Assembly (NCBI GenBank): GCA_013265495.1 | Contig: MU058233.1 | Location: forward strand, 221,038 to 285,037 | Direction of reading: 5' to 3' | DNA length: 64,000 nt | Source of the DNA: Vicugna vicugna | Taxonomy: Eukaryota | Shown here: positions 25,201 through 37,200 of the stretch, piece by piece | How the letters are laid out: each line of letters opens with the position of its first letter | How positions within the stretch are numbered: the first letter of the stretch is position 1 | Made by a program: the position numbers and the translations under genes | Notes under the pieces: generated by a model | Told to the model about the DNA's origin: nothing | The model's database searches: none | Seen by the model: only the letters and a program-made list of their open reading frames with translations

Positions 25201-28200
25201 GGGACAGTGTCTCGGTGTCTCTGGACTTCAGCTGCGTCCTGTCATTCAGGACGTGCTGTCGGCTCGGCAGCTCAGAATCAGTTGGTGACCGGCCGTCAGG
25301 ACAGCACGAGATGGGTGAACTTCAGGTGGCAGCCACGTGAAACGTGAAAAGTCCCGGAGTAATCACAGTTACAGGCCCGCTTTTCACTTGTGCAGTTAGC
25401 CGAGGGTAACTTGATGCCATCAGGCACAGGGTGACAGGCACTCTCAGACCCTGCAGCGGGGGCGCGGATGAGTGCAGCTTCCCAGAAGGCGAGCGGAGAG
25501 GAGGGCCGTGTGCTTGAGCACGTGACTGCGTGTGCAGGACTCCCTCCTGCAGCAGCACCCCGCACCTCTCAGAGGTTTACGTGCACAGCCCGCCCAGTGC
25601 GGCAGGGTCTGAACGGCCCCAGTCCAGGAGCCGAGTGAATGGCCAGGAGGATGAGAGCGGGTGCCAGGCTGTCTGCGTGCCGCAGGGCCTGGCCCTGTCG
25701 TGAACACACAGCGTCCCGAGTATTCCGTAGGATGAACTAGGAAGCCTCCAGCCGCGGCTCAGAGCAGGCTGTAGCGTCCTGGCGGAGCATTCCTAACCGC
25801 AGACACACCGCTGGGCTGGAGGTCGTGTCACCCGCGCCCGCAGGACAGCGCAGGGGACTCCTCACAGCGGCTGCACGCCAGGGTGGCCTGGAGGGCGTAA
25901 CGTACACTGCGGTCTTAAGTAACAGGTTTTCCTGGTGCTGATGTAACAGATCACGTAGAGAACTTAATGGAAAGAAGAGGGTCGGTCACCTGTTGAGGTG
26001 TGTTTTGGCACTGAAGTGAGTGCAGAAGAGAAGTGGGAACCAGGCCAGCTGGGCTGCGGGAGGCGGGGGCCCCTCTTCCTGGCCGGTTTCGCTCCCTCAG
26101 CCTTACTGCAGGGCACTTTTGCTGTAGAGTGCCCTGACATTGCCTGAGGGCACAGGAAAGAGCACCCATCCCTCCCCAGAGAGACTCTGTGTTCTTGTGG
26201 GGCCTACACGGTGAGCTCACAGTTCCTGTTGCAGGGGTCTGTAAGCGAGGCCTGGCGAGGTTGGGACCGGTGGGAATGTCGGGCAGCAGGGAGTGAGCCA
26301 TGTGTGGTGCCCACGAGAGAGCGGGTCACGCGCCCGGTGAGACCCAGGCTGAGCGGTTTTGTGCTGGGCTAGCGTCCAGCTGTGGAATACCAGCACATGG
26401 GAGGTGCCATCCTTTATACCGACCCGAGGGCTTGTCCCCCCACAGGAGCTGATGAGGACCTTCAACCGAGACCGACGGGTCTTCTGCGCCCTCCTCTCCA
26501 CCCACAGCCGTGCCACGGGTGTGAGCCTGGTGGAGGCGGATGCGGTGGTCTTCTATGACCATGACCTGAACCCGGTGATGGATGCCAAGGCCCAGGAGTG
26601 GTGTGACCGGATTGGGAGGCGCAGGGACGTGCACATTTACAGGTGGGCACGGCCGTGCGCTCCCTAGCCCGCTGCGCTCTGCGTGCCTGCCCTCAGGCCG
26701 ACAGCAGGTCTCTCCTGCCGCCGTCTGTCGGCTTCCTTCCCGCTCAGCGTTTGCCTGGAGTGTGCCTGGGCTGAGTTGCGGGGACGTGCCATGGTGTTCT
26801 TCTACCACAGCCGGGCACCTCTCCTGGGGCAGCTGGCCCTCAAAGGGTGGTTCACGCTTCAGGCTGTTTCCCGCGTCATCAGATGTGAACTATCTGCAGC
26901 AGCTTTGTGCTGTCAGTTCCTAAGTCAGCTCTTCAGAGTGTTTGAGTCTCGCACTTGGCTCCACGCCAGCAGCTGAGGAAGAGGGAGAGGCTCTGGTGCG
27001 TGTGGAAGCACTGGTGGCGACAGCGTGGCGGCCTGGCCTGTACTGTTGGCTGGGCGTGTGCCTGGTGGCCCAGCACGTGCTCGCCCGCCAGTCCTGGGAG
27101 GTGTTGCCGCAGGAACTGAGGTTCCTGCCGCCGGCCTGGACCGCGTGCTATTTCAGTCAAGACGTGGGAATCCATACGCTGAATTTAAATAGCTATTTAA
27201 AAAAAATTATAAGTGTATCACTTATTTATTGAAAAGAAAAGAAGGAAAGCATGTGGAGAAAAATACCCTGTCCAGAGGCAGTCAGTAGCGTCTTGGTGTG
27301 TTTTTCCAGACAGTGCCCTGATTTTTCGGATGACTCAGGCCAGCAGTCTTATTTCGTAATCCCGTTTTCTTTTAATGATATAAGTGTATTTCCATGCTGA
27401 TAAATATAAATTTGGTACATTGTGTATCTTGAAAGAATTAGTGTTTCACTGGGTAACCGCTCCCTTACTGTTGACCTGTTAGTAATTGCTAGCTAGAAAT
27501 GAGCTAGAAATGGAAAAGACGTTTTATCCTCAGTGGCCAGTCTGTCAACAGGAAGGATCTTAGCCGCAGAGGGGCAGAGTGTCCAGGGAGCGCAGGGTGA
27601 AACTGGGTGGGAGTGAGGAGAGAGATGTCCCGAGCAGGAGGACGTGCTGTGTTCTTGGATGGGAAGACCTGGTTCGTAAGATTGTGACATTTCCCCGCAG
27701 CAATGGTAAAAGTTAGCGTAACTGTAACGAGGGCCCTGAAGGTGAGTGTGGTGGTGGCTCCTGCGGCCTTTCCGGGGCTAGAAGCAGGAGCCAGGGGATG
27801 TGTGCTCTGGCCCCTTGGGGGCCCTGCACACGCTGCTTCGTGGGAGGCACAGCGCTGGGGGAGGGTGTGGCCGGGCAGAGGCCCTGCTGCCGAGTGTGGA
27901 CGTGGTCCTGGGGGAGCTGGGGCCAGGAGGTCAGCAAGGCTGCTGGGCTGAGGTGGGAGGTGGTGACACACGAAGGCAGGAACTGCATGGTCTGTGAGCC
28001 GGGCCAGCCTGGGCGCTGTGCAGAGCCTCCAGGCGACTTAGTGGGCGTGCCTGCCTGTGTTCTGCTCGTAGGCTTGTGAGTGGCAATTCCATCGAAGAGA
28101 AGTTGCTGAAAAACGGAACCAAAGACTTGATCCGAGAAGTGGCTGCCCAGGGAAACGACTACTCCACGGCGTTCCTCACGCAGGTACCCTGCTCCGGCCA

Positions 28201-31200
28201 GGCCGGGGCCGCCGCGTGCAGCTGGGGTTGCGTGCGCCGCCGTGCTGGTCACGTCTTGCAACGGGCGTCTCTCTTTCCAGCGGACCATCCAGGAGCTGTT
28301 CGAGATCTGCTCACCTGTGGACGACGCTGGCTTCCCGGTGAAAGCTGAGGAGTTTGTCGTCCTTTCCCAGGAGCCTTCCGTCACGGAAACCATTGCGCCC
28401 AAGATTGCAAGACCTTTCATCGAGGTAAGGCTGACTGGCGCCTGCCTGGAGTCTGACTCAGGCCGCGTGCCAGCCGTGTGCCCTCGCCGTCGTGCTTTCC
28501 GTTCGCGCCCCTTGGCCGCACTTGATCTCTGGGGCCATCAGTCAGTGCCTGTCCTGGGTGACCATCTGCTCTGCCCCCACTGGCCTCCCTGGTCCCAGCT
28601 CCTCCTCTGTCACTGTGAGGCTGGAGGAGTCTCCAGGCCCTGGCATCCACGTCATGTTCTGAGGACAGAACCAAAAGGAGCACCGGCCGCCTCACTTGGC
28701 TTTCTTACGTGGGTTGCAGGGTGAATGATAATGCTTCAGACTTACTGGGTTAAACAGCACGTTTACATTTTTGACATGGGCACTAGAGACGTCAGACTGC
28801 ACGCTCGACTCACATGCTGCTGCCTCTGGGCAGTGCTGCTGTGTAGACATGTCCCAGACTCACCTGTCAGGGCCCCTCACTTCCCTTCCCAAGGCCCTGC
28901 TCCCATCCTGCCTCTTGGAGGGGCCTTTGACTGCAGGGCGCCTCATTTTCTATTTTTTAAAATTAATTGGTTACTGAGAAGTAATACGTACACATGGTAG
29001 AACCTTCAGGAATTTACAATGGAAAGTAAGCCTCCTGCACCAGGCCCTCATCCCTGCTTAGACAGCCGCGGCCTGCTGTTCCCGCTTCCTCCCGGAGTTG
29101 TCCGTGTGTAGTGTCGCTTGGCACGGAAATGCCTTGCTCCGTCTCTGTCACGAAAGGCTCTAAGAAGAAGATGATAGAAGCGTTAGGGCGAAAAGGGAAA
29201 AACAGCACGAAGTGGGAGGAGGGAGGTAACCGTTCAGCCGTCGTCACGGATCTCACAGGCCTCTTGGGAGACAAACGGGCGTGAGGATGCGTGTGCGTGA
29301 GAAGTGTGCGTGTGCTGCACACCCTGCTGCTGCGCTCAGCACGTCTTGGAGACGCTGGCACAGAAGTGTCTCCTCTGTCTCTGAAGCGGTGCATGCAGAC
29401 CCTTGGCAGCGTCTCTCTGGGTGTCGGCCCCGTCCCAGCAGGAGGGCTGTGGCCTTGAGGAGACGCAGGTCTCAGCTGTGAAGGTTGTGTCCTAGTGGGC
29501 GAGACGTGTCACCTGCAGGCGGCAGCACTCAGGACCCCTGTGAGTCTGGGGCAGAGGGTCAGGTGTGGCCCGGGGCGAGGAGGTGGAGCGGAGGCCTCCA
29601 CGGCGGGCGGGCCCTGTCTGTGCTGGCAGCAGCCGGGGCCGGCTCAGAGCCGCAGGCGCGGGGTGGCTTCCTGGGCTGGGTTTGTAGTTTGCTGTCGGCT
29701 GATGAGCTTGTGTGTTCGTCGGCAGTGCGGATAATAGCTTTTTACAAGACGCTCGGTCACATCTTTTTCCTACTTCTTTTTAGCTGGGTTGTCTCTTTCT
29801 TCGTGGCTTTTTGGCATCCTTTCTGTGTTCTGGGTGCAGGGCCTTTGTGGGTTACATGGACGGTGTCTTCTTCCAGCCTGGGCTTTGGTCTTCTTAATGC
29901 TGTGTTTTGGTGAGCAGGAATTCTTGGTCCTTGGCCACCCAGCAGACCGTTTTTCTCACGTACTTGGTGCTTCTGTGTTCTGCTAAGAGAGGGCCTCCTT
30001 TATTTTCTTCATCCTTAGATGAGCGATCTGTCTGGAAATGGCTGTACACCGTGTACAGTGTGAGATAGGGTTGCATCTTAAACTTGGCAGATTTTGCTCA
30101 GTTGCCCTAGAAGGAGGTTGTTCCAGTTCCTAATTGGCGAGCTCTAAGCTGCAGGTTGTCCCCTTGGCTGCCGGGAGAGGCGTACCTGACGTCTGCCTCA
30201 CTCGTTTGCATTTCTTGAACTGGGGTGATGCTGACTGTCTTCTGTGTCTGCCATCACCGCAGCACATCTGTTTATACCTCCGACGGTGGCTTGTGTCCTC
30301 AGCACCGTGAAGAATTGTTCTTGCTGGCCGGGACCCGAGGGCAGGGCGGGTGTCGGGTGTGAGACTGACCCAGGCGCCCTGTCTTGCTGGGTCTCTTAAG
30401 AGCCTCGTGTGCGTGTCGGCCAGCGCACCCCTGGCCCTCCCCAAGGCCTTCCGTTTGCCGTGTCCCCTTAGGCGTGTGGGCGGTTCTCGAGGACTGAACG
30501 AGTCATCGTAGAGGCGCTTGGTGTGCGGTGTGGGTGTGCAGTCAGATCTGTGTGGTGTGGTTCTTTCTTAAAAGCCTTTCATTAAAAATTTAAGTCTATC
30601 AGAGGAGCCTAACCCAAGCCCGTCCTCAGGCCCTCAAGAGCATCGAGCACCTGGAGGAAGATGAGCAGAAGCCCATGGAGGAGGCGGTGCTGGGGTCCTC
30701 GGACGCTGCTGCGTCCCAGGGGGACGAGGAGCCGTCGCAGCTGGAGGAGTTGGCTGACTTCATGGGACAGGTTTGGGCGTCTTCTCTTTGGGCCTTAAGT
30801 TAATTCCCTTCTTTACACCTAAATATTTTAAACTTGTGACCCTTTTATGAAATATTTCTTGGTTGTTTTAACTGAGAACAGTCCCTGTTTTGATTCAAAT
30901 GTCGGTAGGGGTTGTATAAGGAATTAAACCCTTGTTAACTTGCTGTTAACTCGATTCAAAAAATATATTTTTGAAACAGCTTACACCCATTGAAAAATAC
31001 GCTTTGAATTACCTGGAGTTATTCCATACTTCCATTGATCAAGAGAGAGAGAGAAGTAGCGAGGTAAGAGAATGAACTTTCGTTACCTTAACACTTGGGA
31101 ACATCAAATTCTTCAGTGTCAAATTTGTTGCGAAACAGGAGTGACCTGCCTGGAATTAAAGGAACAGTCCATGTGTACACTCGCTGGAGACGCGAGTGCG

Positions 31201-34200
31201 CGGTTGGACTTGGTCTTGAGGCGGCGTGGTGCTGGGTGCAGTCCAGGCCAAGGGTCCGTGGGCAGGAGGGGTCCCGGGGGCTGCTTCATCTCTGCCCTGG
31301 GGCGGGGATGGTGCGGGCGGCCACGGGAGCCCTGCCTTTCCCGCCAGGGCACCATGCTGACTGCGGTGCAGGAGTGGGAGGCCCAGAATGCCAGGACGCT
31401 GCGGGAGCTGGAGGCCCAGGCGCTGCGCGAGCAGGAGCAGGAGCAGCTCCTCACCTACACGCGGGAGGACGCCTACAGCGCGGTAGGTGCCCAGCTGGCG
31501 CCCAGCAGGTGTGCCGGCTTCTCCCCGAGGCCTGGCCGCTGTGCTGAGACCGCTTCGTCGGTCCTGTGCACAGTCAAGCTTTTTTTATAAAGACCTGAGA
31601 GGTATGGACATAGGTAGTCGGTGGCTTGCACCTCAAGGCTGGGACTGTGTGGGCTTGAAATGTCTCCCCTTTCCCGCAGGAGTACGTGTGTGAAGGTGCT
31701 GACGGGCAGACGGAAGTCATGCCGGTGAGTGTCCCAACCCCCTGTCCCCTCATCCCCCCATTCCCCCATCTCCCCATCCCTCTGTCCCCTTGTTCCCTTT
31801 GTTCCCCGTCCCCTCATCTCCCCGTCACCCCATCCTCTGTCCCCCTTTTCCCCGTCTTCTCCATCCCTATCCTCCTACCCCCCTTTCCCCATCCCCTCCA
31901 TCCTCCTGTCCCCCCCATCCTCCTGTTCCCCCATCCTCTCCATCCACCTCTCAGTGGCACAGCTCATGCCCCTCCCTTCTCCATGCAGCTCTGGACCCCG
32001 CCCACGCCACCCCAGGATGACAACGACATCTACATCGACTCAGTCATGTGTCTCATGTACGAGACCACGCCCATTCCAGAGGCCAAGCTGCCGCCTGTGT
32101 ACGTTCGGAAGGAGCGCCGGCGACACAAGACGGACCCCTCAGGTGGGCTTCCACCACACCCACCCGCCAGCAAGCCCGGGTCAGCCGCCAGTGGGGGCGG
32201 GTGGGTTTCCCTGGGCCCCACCGTGGTCTCCCTTGTTCCCCCTGCTTCTCTGGCTGAGGCGAGGCCCTCTGGCTGGCCAGCTCGCTGAGGACAGCCTCTC
32301 TGCTCAGCCGCGGGTAGGAAGAAGAAGCAGCGCCACGGGGAGGCGGTGGTGCCCCCGCGGTCACTGTTCGACCGTGCAACGCCTGGCATGCTGAAAATCC
32401 GGCGGGAGGGGAAGGAGCAGAAGAAGAACATCCTGCTGAAGCAGCAGACGCAGTTCGCCAAGCCTCTGCCGACGTTTGCCAAGCCAAGCGCAGAGGCAGG
32501 CCCCGACAACCCCGAGTGGCTCATCAGCGAGGACTGGGCGCTGCTGCAGGTGAGCGTGGCCCCGCGTGGCTGGCCTGGCCCTGTAAGCCCTCCAGGAGGG
32601 GCGCCGCTGACCTGCCGCCCTGCGCTGACCTGCCCTGCCTGGCCTCCCCCCCCTAGGCCGTGAAGCAGCTCCTAGAGCTGCCGCTGAACCTCACGATCGT
32701 GTCCCCGGCCCACACGCCCAACTGGGACCTCGTCAGCGACGTCGTCAACTCGTGCAGCCGCATCTACCGCTCCTCCAAGCAGTGCCGGGCCCGCTACGAG
32801 GGCGTGCTCATCCCGAGGGAGGAGGGCAGGGTGAGGTGGCCCTCGCACCCGGCCCCGGCCCGGGCCTCGGCTCGCTCGCTGTTCGGCGTTGGCTGAGACG
32901 TCCCTGTGGGGCCTCACCCTCCCTTTGTCCCGGGTCCGTGTTTACTTTGCCGCGAGGTGGGAAGGCCTCCGCCTGCGGCTGACGTCCGGAAGCTGCCCGG
33001 CCAGCCTCGCGCTGGATTTGTGGTTCTGGTTTTCCTGGGTGTTGCCTGCTTGATTAAGAGGACATGTGGGGCGCACACACCCCTAGTCCGGCTGGGGGTC
33101 GGCTGCCATCTGGGCATGCTGTGTCTGACTCCCAGTTCGGGGGTGGCTGGGCTTGGAGACGGAGGGGGCCTGTGCGAGGACCAAGCCCTGACCCGGTGGC
33201 CGCGCAGCCCTCAGCCTGGCACACCTGCGCCGCTGAGGCTCTGCGGGAGCAGCAGACGGCCACGCCATGGGGTCTGTGCAGGAGAGCGCACCAGGCACCA
33301 GTGGCACTGGGGTCCCCGAGGACGGACGCAGACACCGTGGGACAGCCGTCCCTCCCCGCCCACTGTGGGCAGAGGCCCCCGGGGGCCGGGCCAGTGGTGT
33401 AGGTGCCCTGGCCCTGTGTCTCTCGCCGTGTGATCTCTCCCTGGCGGAAGGCGGGCGCTCTCCCTCTGGGTGTGGAGGCTTCTGTGAGGCTGCACACAGG
33501 CAGGATGTGTGTGTCACTGCTGGGGTGTCTGTGTTGAGTCTCGGGGGGGAGGATAGGGAGAGGGCTGGGTGTTTAACCTGGGGGTCCCTGTGGGGCTTCC
33601 ACGGGGATGCTGCTCCCCTGGTGATGGAACGTGCCGCTGTGGATCCTGTTCCAGAGTAAGAACAACCGCCCTCTGCGCACGGGCCAGATGTACGCCCAGG
33701 ACGAGAATGCCTCGCACACGCAGCTGTACACGAGCCGCTTTGACCTGATGAAGATGACGGCCGGGAAGAGGAGCCCCCCCATCAAGCCCCTGTACGCACC
33801 CGCGTCCTGCCTGCGCTGGCTGTTGGCGGGGGGCGGGGCTCGGTTTACCCTTTGTCCTTAGCGTTTCCTCCTTCGGTGTGTTTTCCTTCGGTTAGTAATT
33901 CTTGTGTCTTTTCTGTGCTGCAGGCTTGGCATGAATCCCTTTCAGAAAAACCCCAAGCATGCCTCCGTGTTGGCAGAAAGGTATTTCTGTATTCGTGACT
34001 CAGTTTTCACTCTTTGAAATGATCTCACTTTGGTGTTCTCTTAAACCCAGCAAGTTGACTGAGTTACTGTGCAAAGGTGTGTCCAAGTGTCAGCTGGGGC
34101 GTATCATGTGGGGCGGGCCCTGTGTGGCAAGTGTCCCCGCTCATATAACGGGGGGTGTCCCTGCCTGCAGTCTGGTGGAGGACAGGCTGACATACTTGAC

Positions 34201-37200
34201 GGGCTGCCTCCCCTTTCTTCATCACTCCCACCTCTATAATCTGTCGTACAGCTTGTTGGCTCTGCCTTAAAAATGCATCCTGTCGGGGGGTGAGTGTACT
34301 GCTTTGAACATCTGCAAAGGAACAAAGAAGGTGCCTGGGTGGGTGGGCAGAGAGGGGTGGGTGTGAGGAAGCAGAGAGTGAAACAGCCTCCTGGTGTCCA
34401 GGGTGCTGGGGGTGTGGGCATTTGCTGTAGTCCCTGCGCCTTCCTATACGTTTGTCTTTTTATAACAAAGTTTCGGGAAAAAAACAGATGTTCAGATGTA
34501 GCCCAGCTGCCCTTCTGGCTCCAGCTCTCCTTGTTGCTGGGTAGGTTGTGCAGACACCACCCGGGCCCGGCCCCACTGGGAGCCCCCGGCCTGCTGGGGC
34601 TGCCTCGGGTGCGCAGGCCACCCTGCCTCACGGCTCTGCCTGGCTGGGCACTCTCTCTGGGGCGGTCTCCCTGGACGTGTGCACGGCTCCCTTCCCCACA
34701 CACTGTCGTCCTCGCCTGGTTGGACTGCCACCCATGCAGATTGTCTGTACGTTTTTAATGACTCCCTCGGTGTCTGCGCGAGCTCTGTGGACACAGATTC
34801 TAGGTGCTCGAGACAGAGCCGGTGTCCACGTGAATCTGTTGAGTGGCTTGATGAACTATTGTCCTGCCTGTTTTTCTTAATATGCCGCGTGCCGAGCACC
34901 AGGCTGGCCTGGGGGCTCCGCAGTGACCAAGATGGGCCCCATCCTGCTCTCTTATCTCACATGAGACACAAAATGCTGAGCCCTCACGGAGGGTGAGGGT
35001 TCACCTGGAGGCGGGCAGAACTTAGCAAGGCAGAGGCGAGGGCAGGCGGGCTGCAGGCTTGCGGGGCCATCAGCGAAGGGGCCCGCTGGGCGGGTGTGGC
35101 GTGTCTGTCATGGTCCCTGTTCGGCTGAGTGAGGGTGGCCATGGGCAGGAGTGTGCAGTGGGGTGGGAGGGCAGCCAGCCAGAAGGCCGGTCTGCAGGGT
35201 GGGAGGAGGAGGTCTGGGGATGGCGCCACCAAGGTGGAGCCTGTGGTGAGTAGGGAGGCCCAGGGGCAGCGCGGAGGTAACCGAGGGCCTTGGCGGAAGC
35301 AGATGTGGTGTGAAGTCCTCCGGGAGTGAGTTGGCAAGATACAGGAAATTTTGGGGGGGGGATTATTTTAATGGAGGGATTGGGGGTTGAACCCAGAACT
35401 TCGTGCATGCTAACCAGGCACTCTGCCACTGAGCTGTACCTGCCCACCTGCTCTTTGGGGGAGGGCTGATGCTCAGCGCGGCAGGGCAGGTGGGCTTCGG
35501 GAGGGGCAGGTGCCCTGCAGTCTCGCCCCAACGCGTTCTGGGGCACGCCGACCAGGCCTACCCCGCCCGCCGTCCGGGGCCGTTCTGGGCAGGATGGGAG
35601 GAGAGGTCCAGGGTAGACTGGCAGCCTTTCTCCTTTCCAAGTCCGATCAGCTCAGCGCCGTGGCGCTCAGGGCTTGATAGGAGTTACCTCCCAGCGCCGG
35701 GCAGCTTGGGAAAGGAGGACACTGGGTTTCCGGAACGCCGTCTACTTCAGGACTTGCCCGTGTGGTTTTAACTCTTGCATCTGTCTTTAGCGGAATCAAC
35801 TACGACAAACCACTGCCTCCCATTCAAGTCGCGTCTCTGCGCGCGGAGCGGATCGCCAAGGAAAAGAAGGTGTGGGGCCCTGGGCCTCTGTCCCTGGAGG
35901 GCGGGGCTGGGGACCCCCGCCTCCCCCGCCGCAGCCGCAGCCGCCGCCGCCCCAGCAGCCGCCGCCGCCTCTGCCGCAGCCACAGGCAGCGGGCGGCCAG
36001 CAGCCCGCGGGGCCGCCGGCCGTGCAGCCCCAGGCCCCAGCGCAGCCCCCCGCGCAGCCGGCGCAGGCCCCGCCCAAGGTGCCCCCTGCGATCACGACGG
36101 TGGGGAGTGCAGCGGTGCTGGTGAGAAGGCGCCCTCGCTGCTCTGTCCACGCGCACCCCCTGTGAGGCCTTCCGAGGAAGCGCGGGTCTGGAGGGCTGTG
36201 CCCCCCCCACGCTCCGCCAGCCCTGCCCTCCGGGGCCGGGTCACGCCGCGTGACTGGGGAGGTGGAGGTTCTGAAGCAGGGCTCTGGGAAGCGTGGCTGT
36301 GAAGAACCGCGCGCTCTTTCCTGCAGACTTGCAGAGCAGGCCCTGTTAGTGCGCTCTGTCCCCTCCTGGCCCTGCCCGCTTCCCCTCAGAGCAGAGCGCA
36401 CGCGCGTGCGCGAGAAAGAGAAAGGCAGCCGCGGGTTGCACTCCCCGCGCTGTCGCCGCCACAGCCTGGTGTGTCCCTGGCTGCGTGTGCCTGGTGTGCG
36501 TCCTGACCCCACACGGAAGGTCTTGGGAGAGCCGTTTCTTCCCTTGGCTCCTGGTTACATTTGCTGCAGGAGTGGTTTACATGCCCTCGGGCAGCTCTGT
36601 CCTCCTGTTCTGAAAACTAAGCGTCTGCTTGGCCTGAGGGCTGCTCCGTGCGTGGTAGGTGGTGAGGAAGAGACTGCAGAGCTGAGCCCTGGGCTGCGGC
36701 CTCAGTGACCTCAGTCAGAGAAGAATGGGAAACGGCAAGCGCGGGGGCCCTCAGCTTGGCAAGTGTGGAGTCAGGAGGGTCAGCGTGGCCAGAGCCTGGC
36801 GACTGGGCTGCGTGGGGGCAGAAGTCAGCCTCGTGGGCCGGGTAGCTGTGGTTAGGAGTTTGGATTGGATTCTGATGAAACGGAAGCCTTTGGAGGAGAG
36901 CTCGACCTGAAACTCAGACGGTTTTCTTTCTTCAGCAGGCAGGAGCCATTAAGACGTCTGTTACAGGGACAAGCATGCCTACGGGTAAGAGTCAGAGATG
37001 CCACGATCCAGGACAGTCCTTCCCTCTCCCCCTGCCTCACAGCCCCTCTCTCTGCAGGTGCGGTGAGCGGAAACGTGATTGTGAACACCATCGCTGGTGT
37101 CCCCGCCGCCACCTTCCAGTCCATTAACAAGCGCCTAGCTTCACCCGTGGCACCTGGAGCCTTGACCGTGAGTTGTCTCTGCCCCTGGGTGCTTGTGGTG

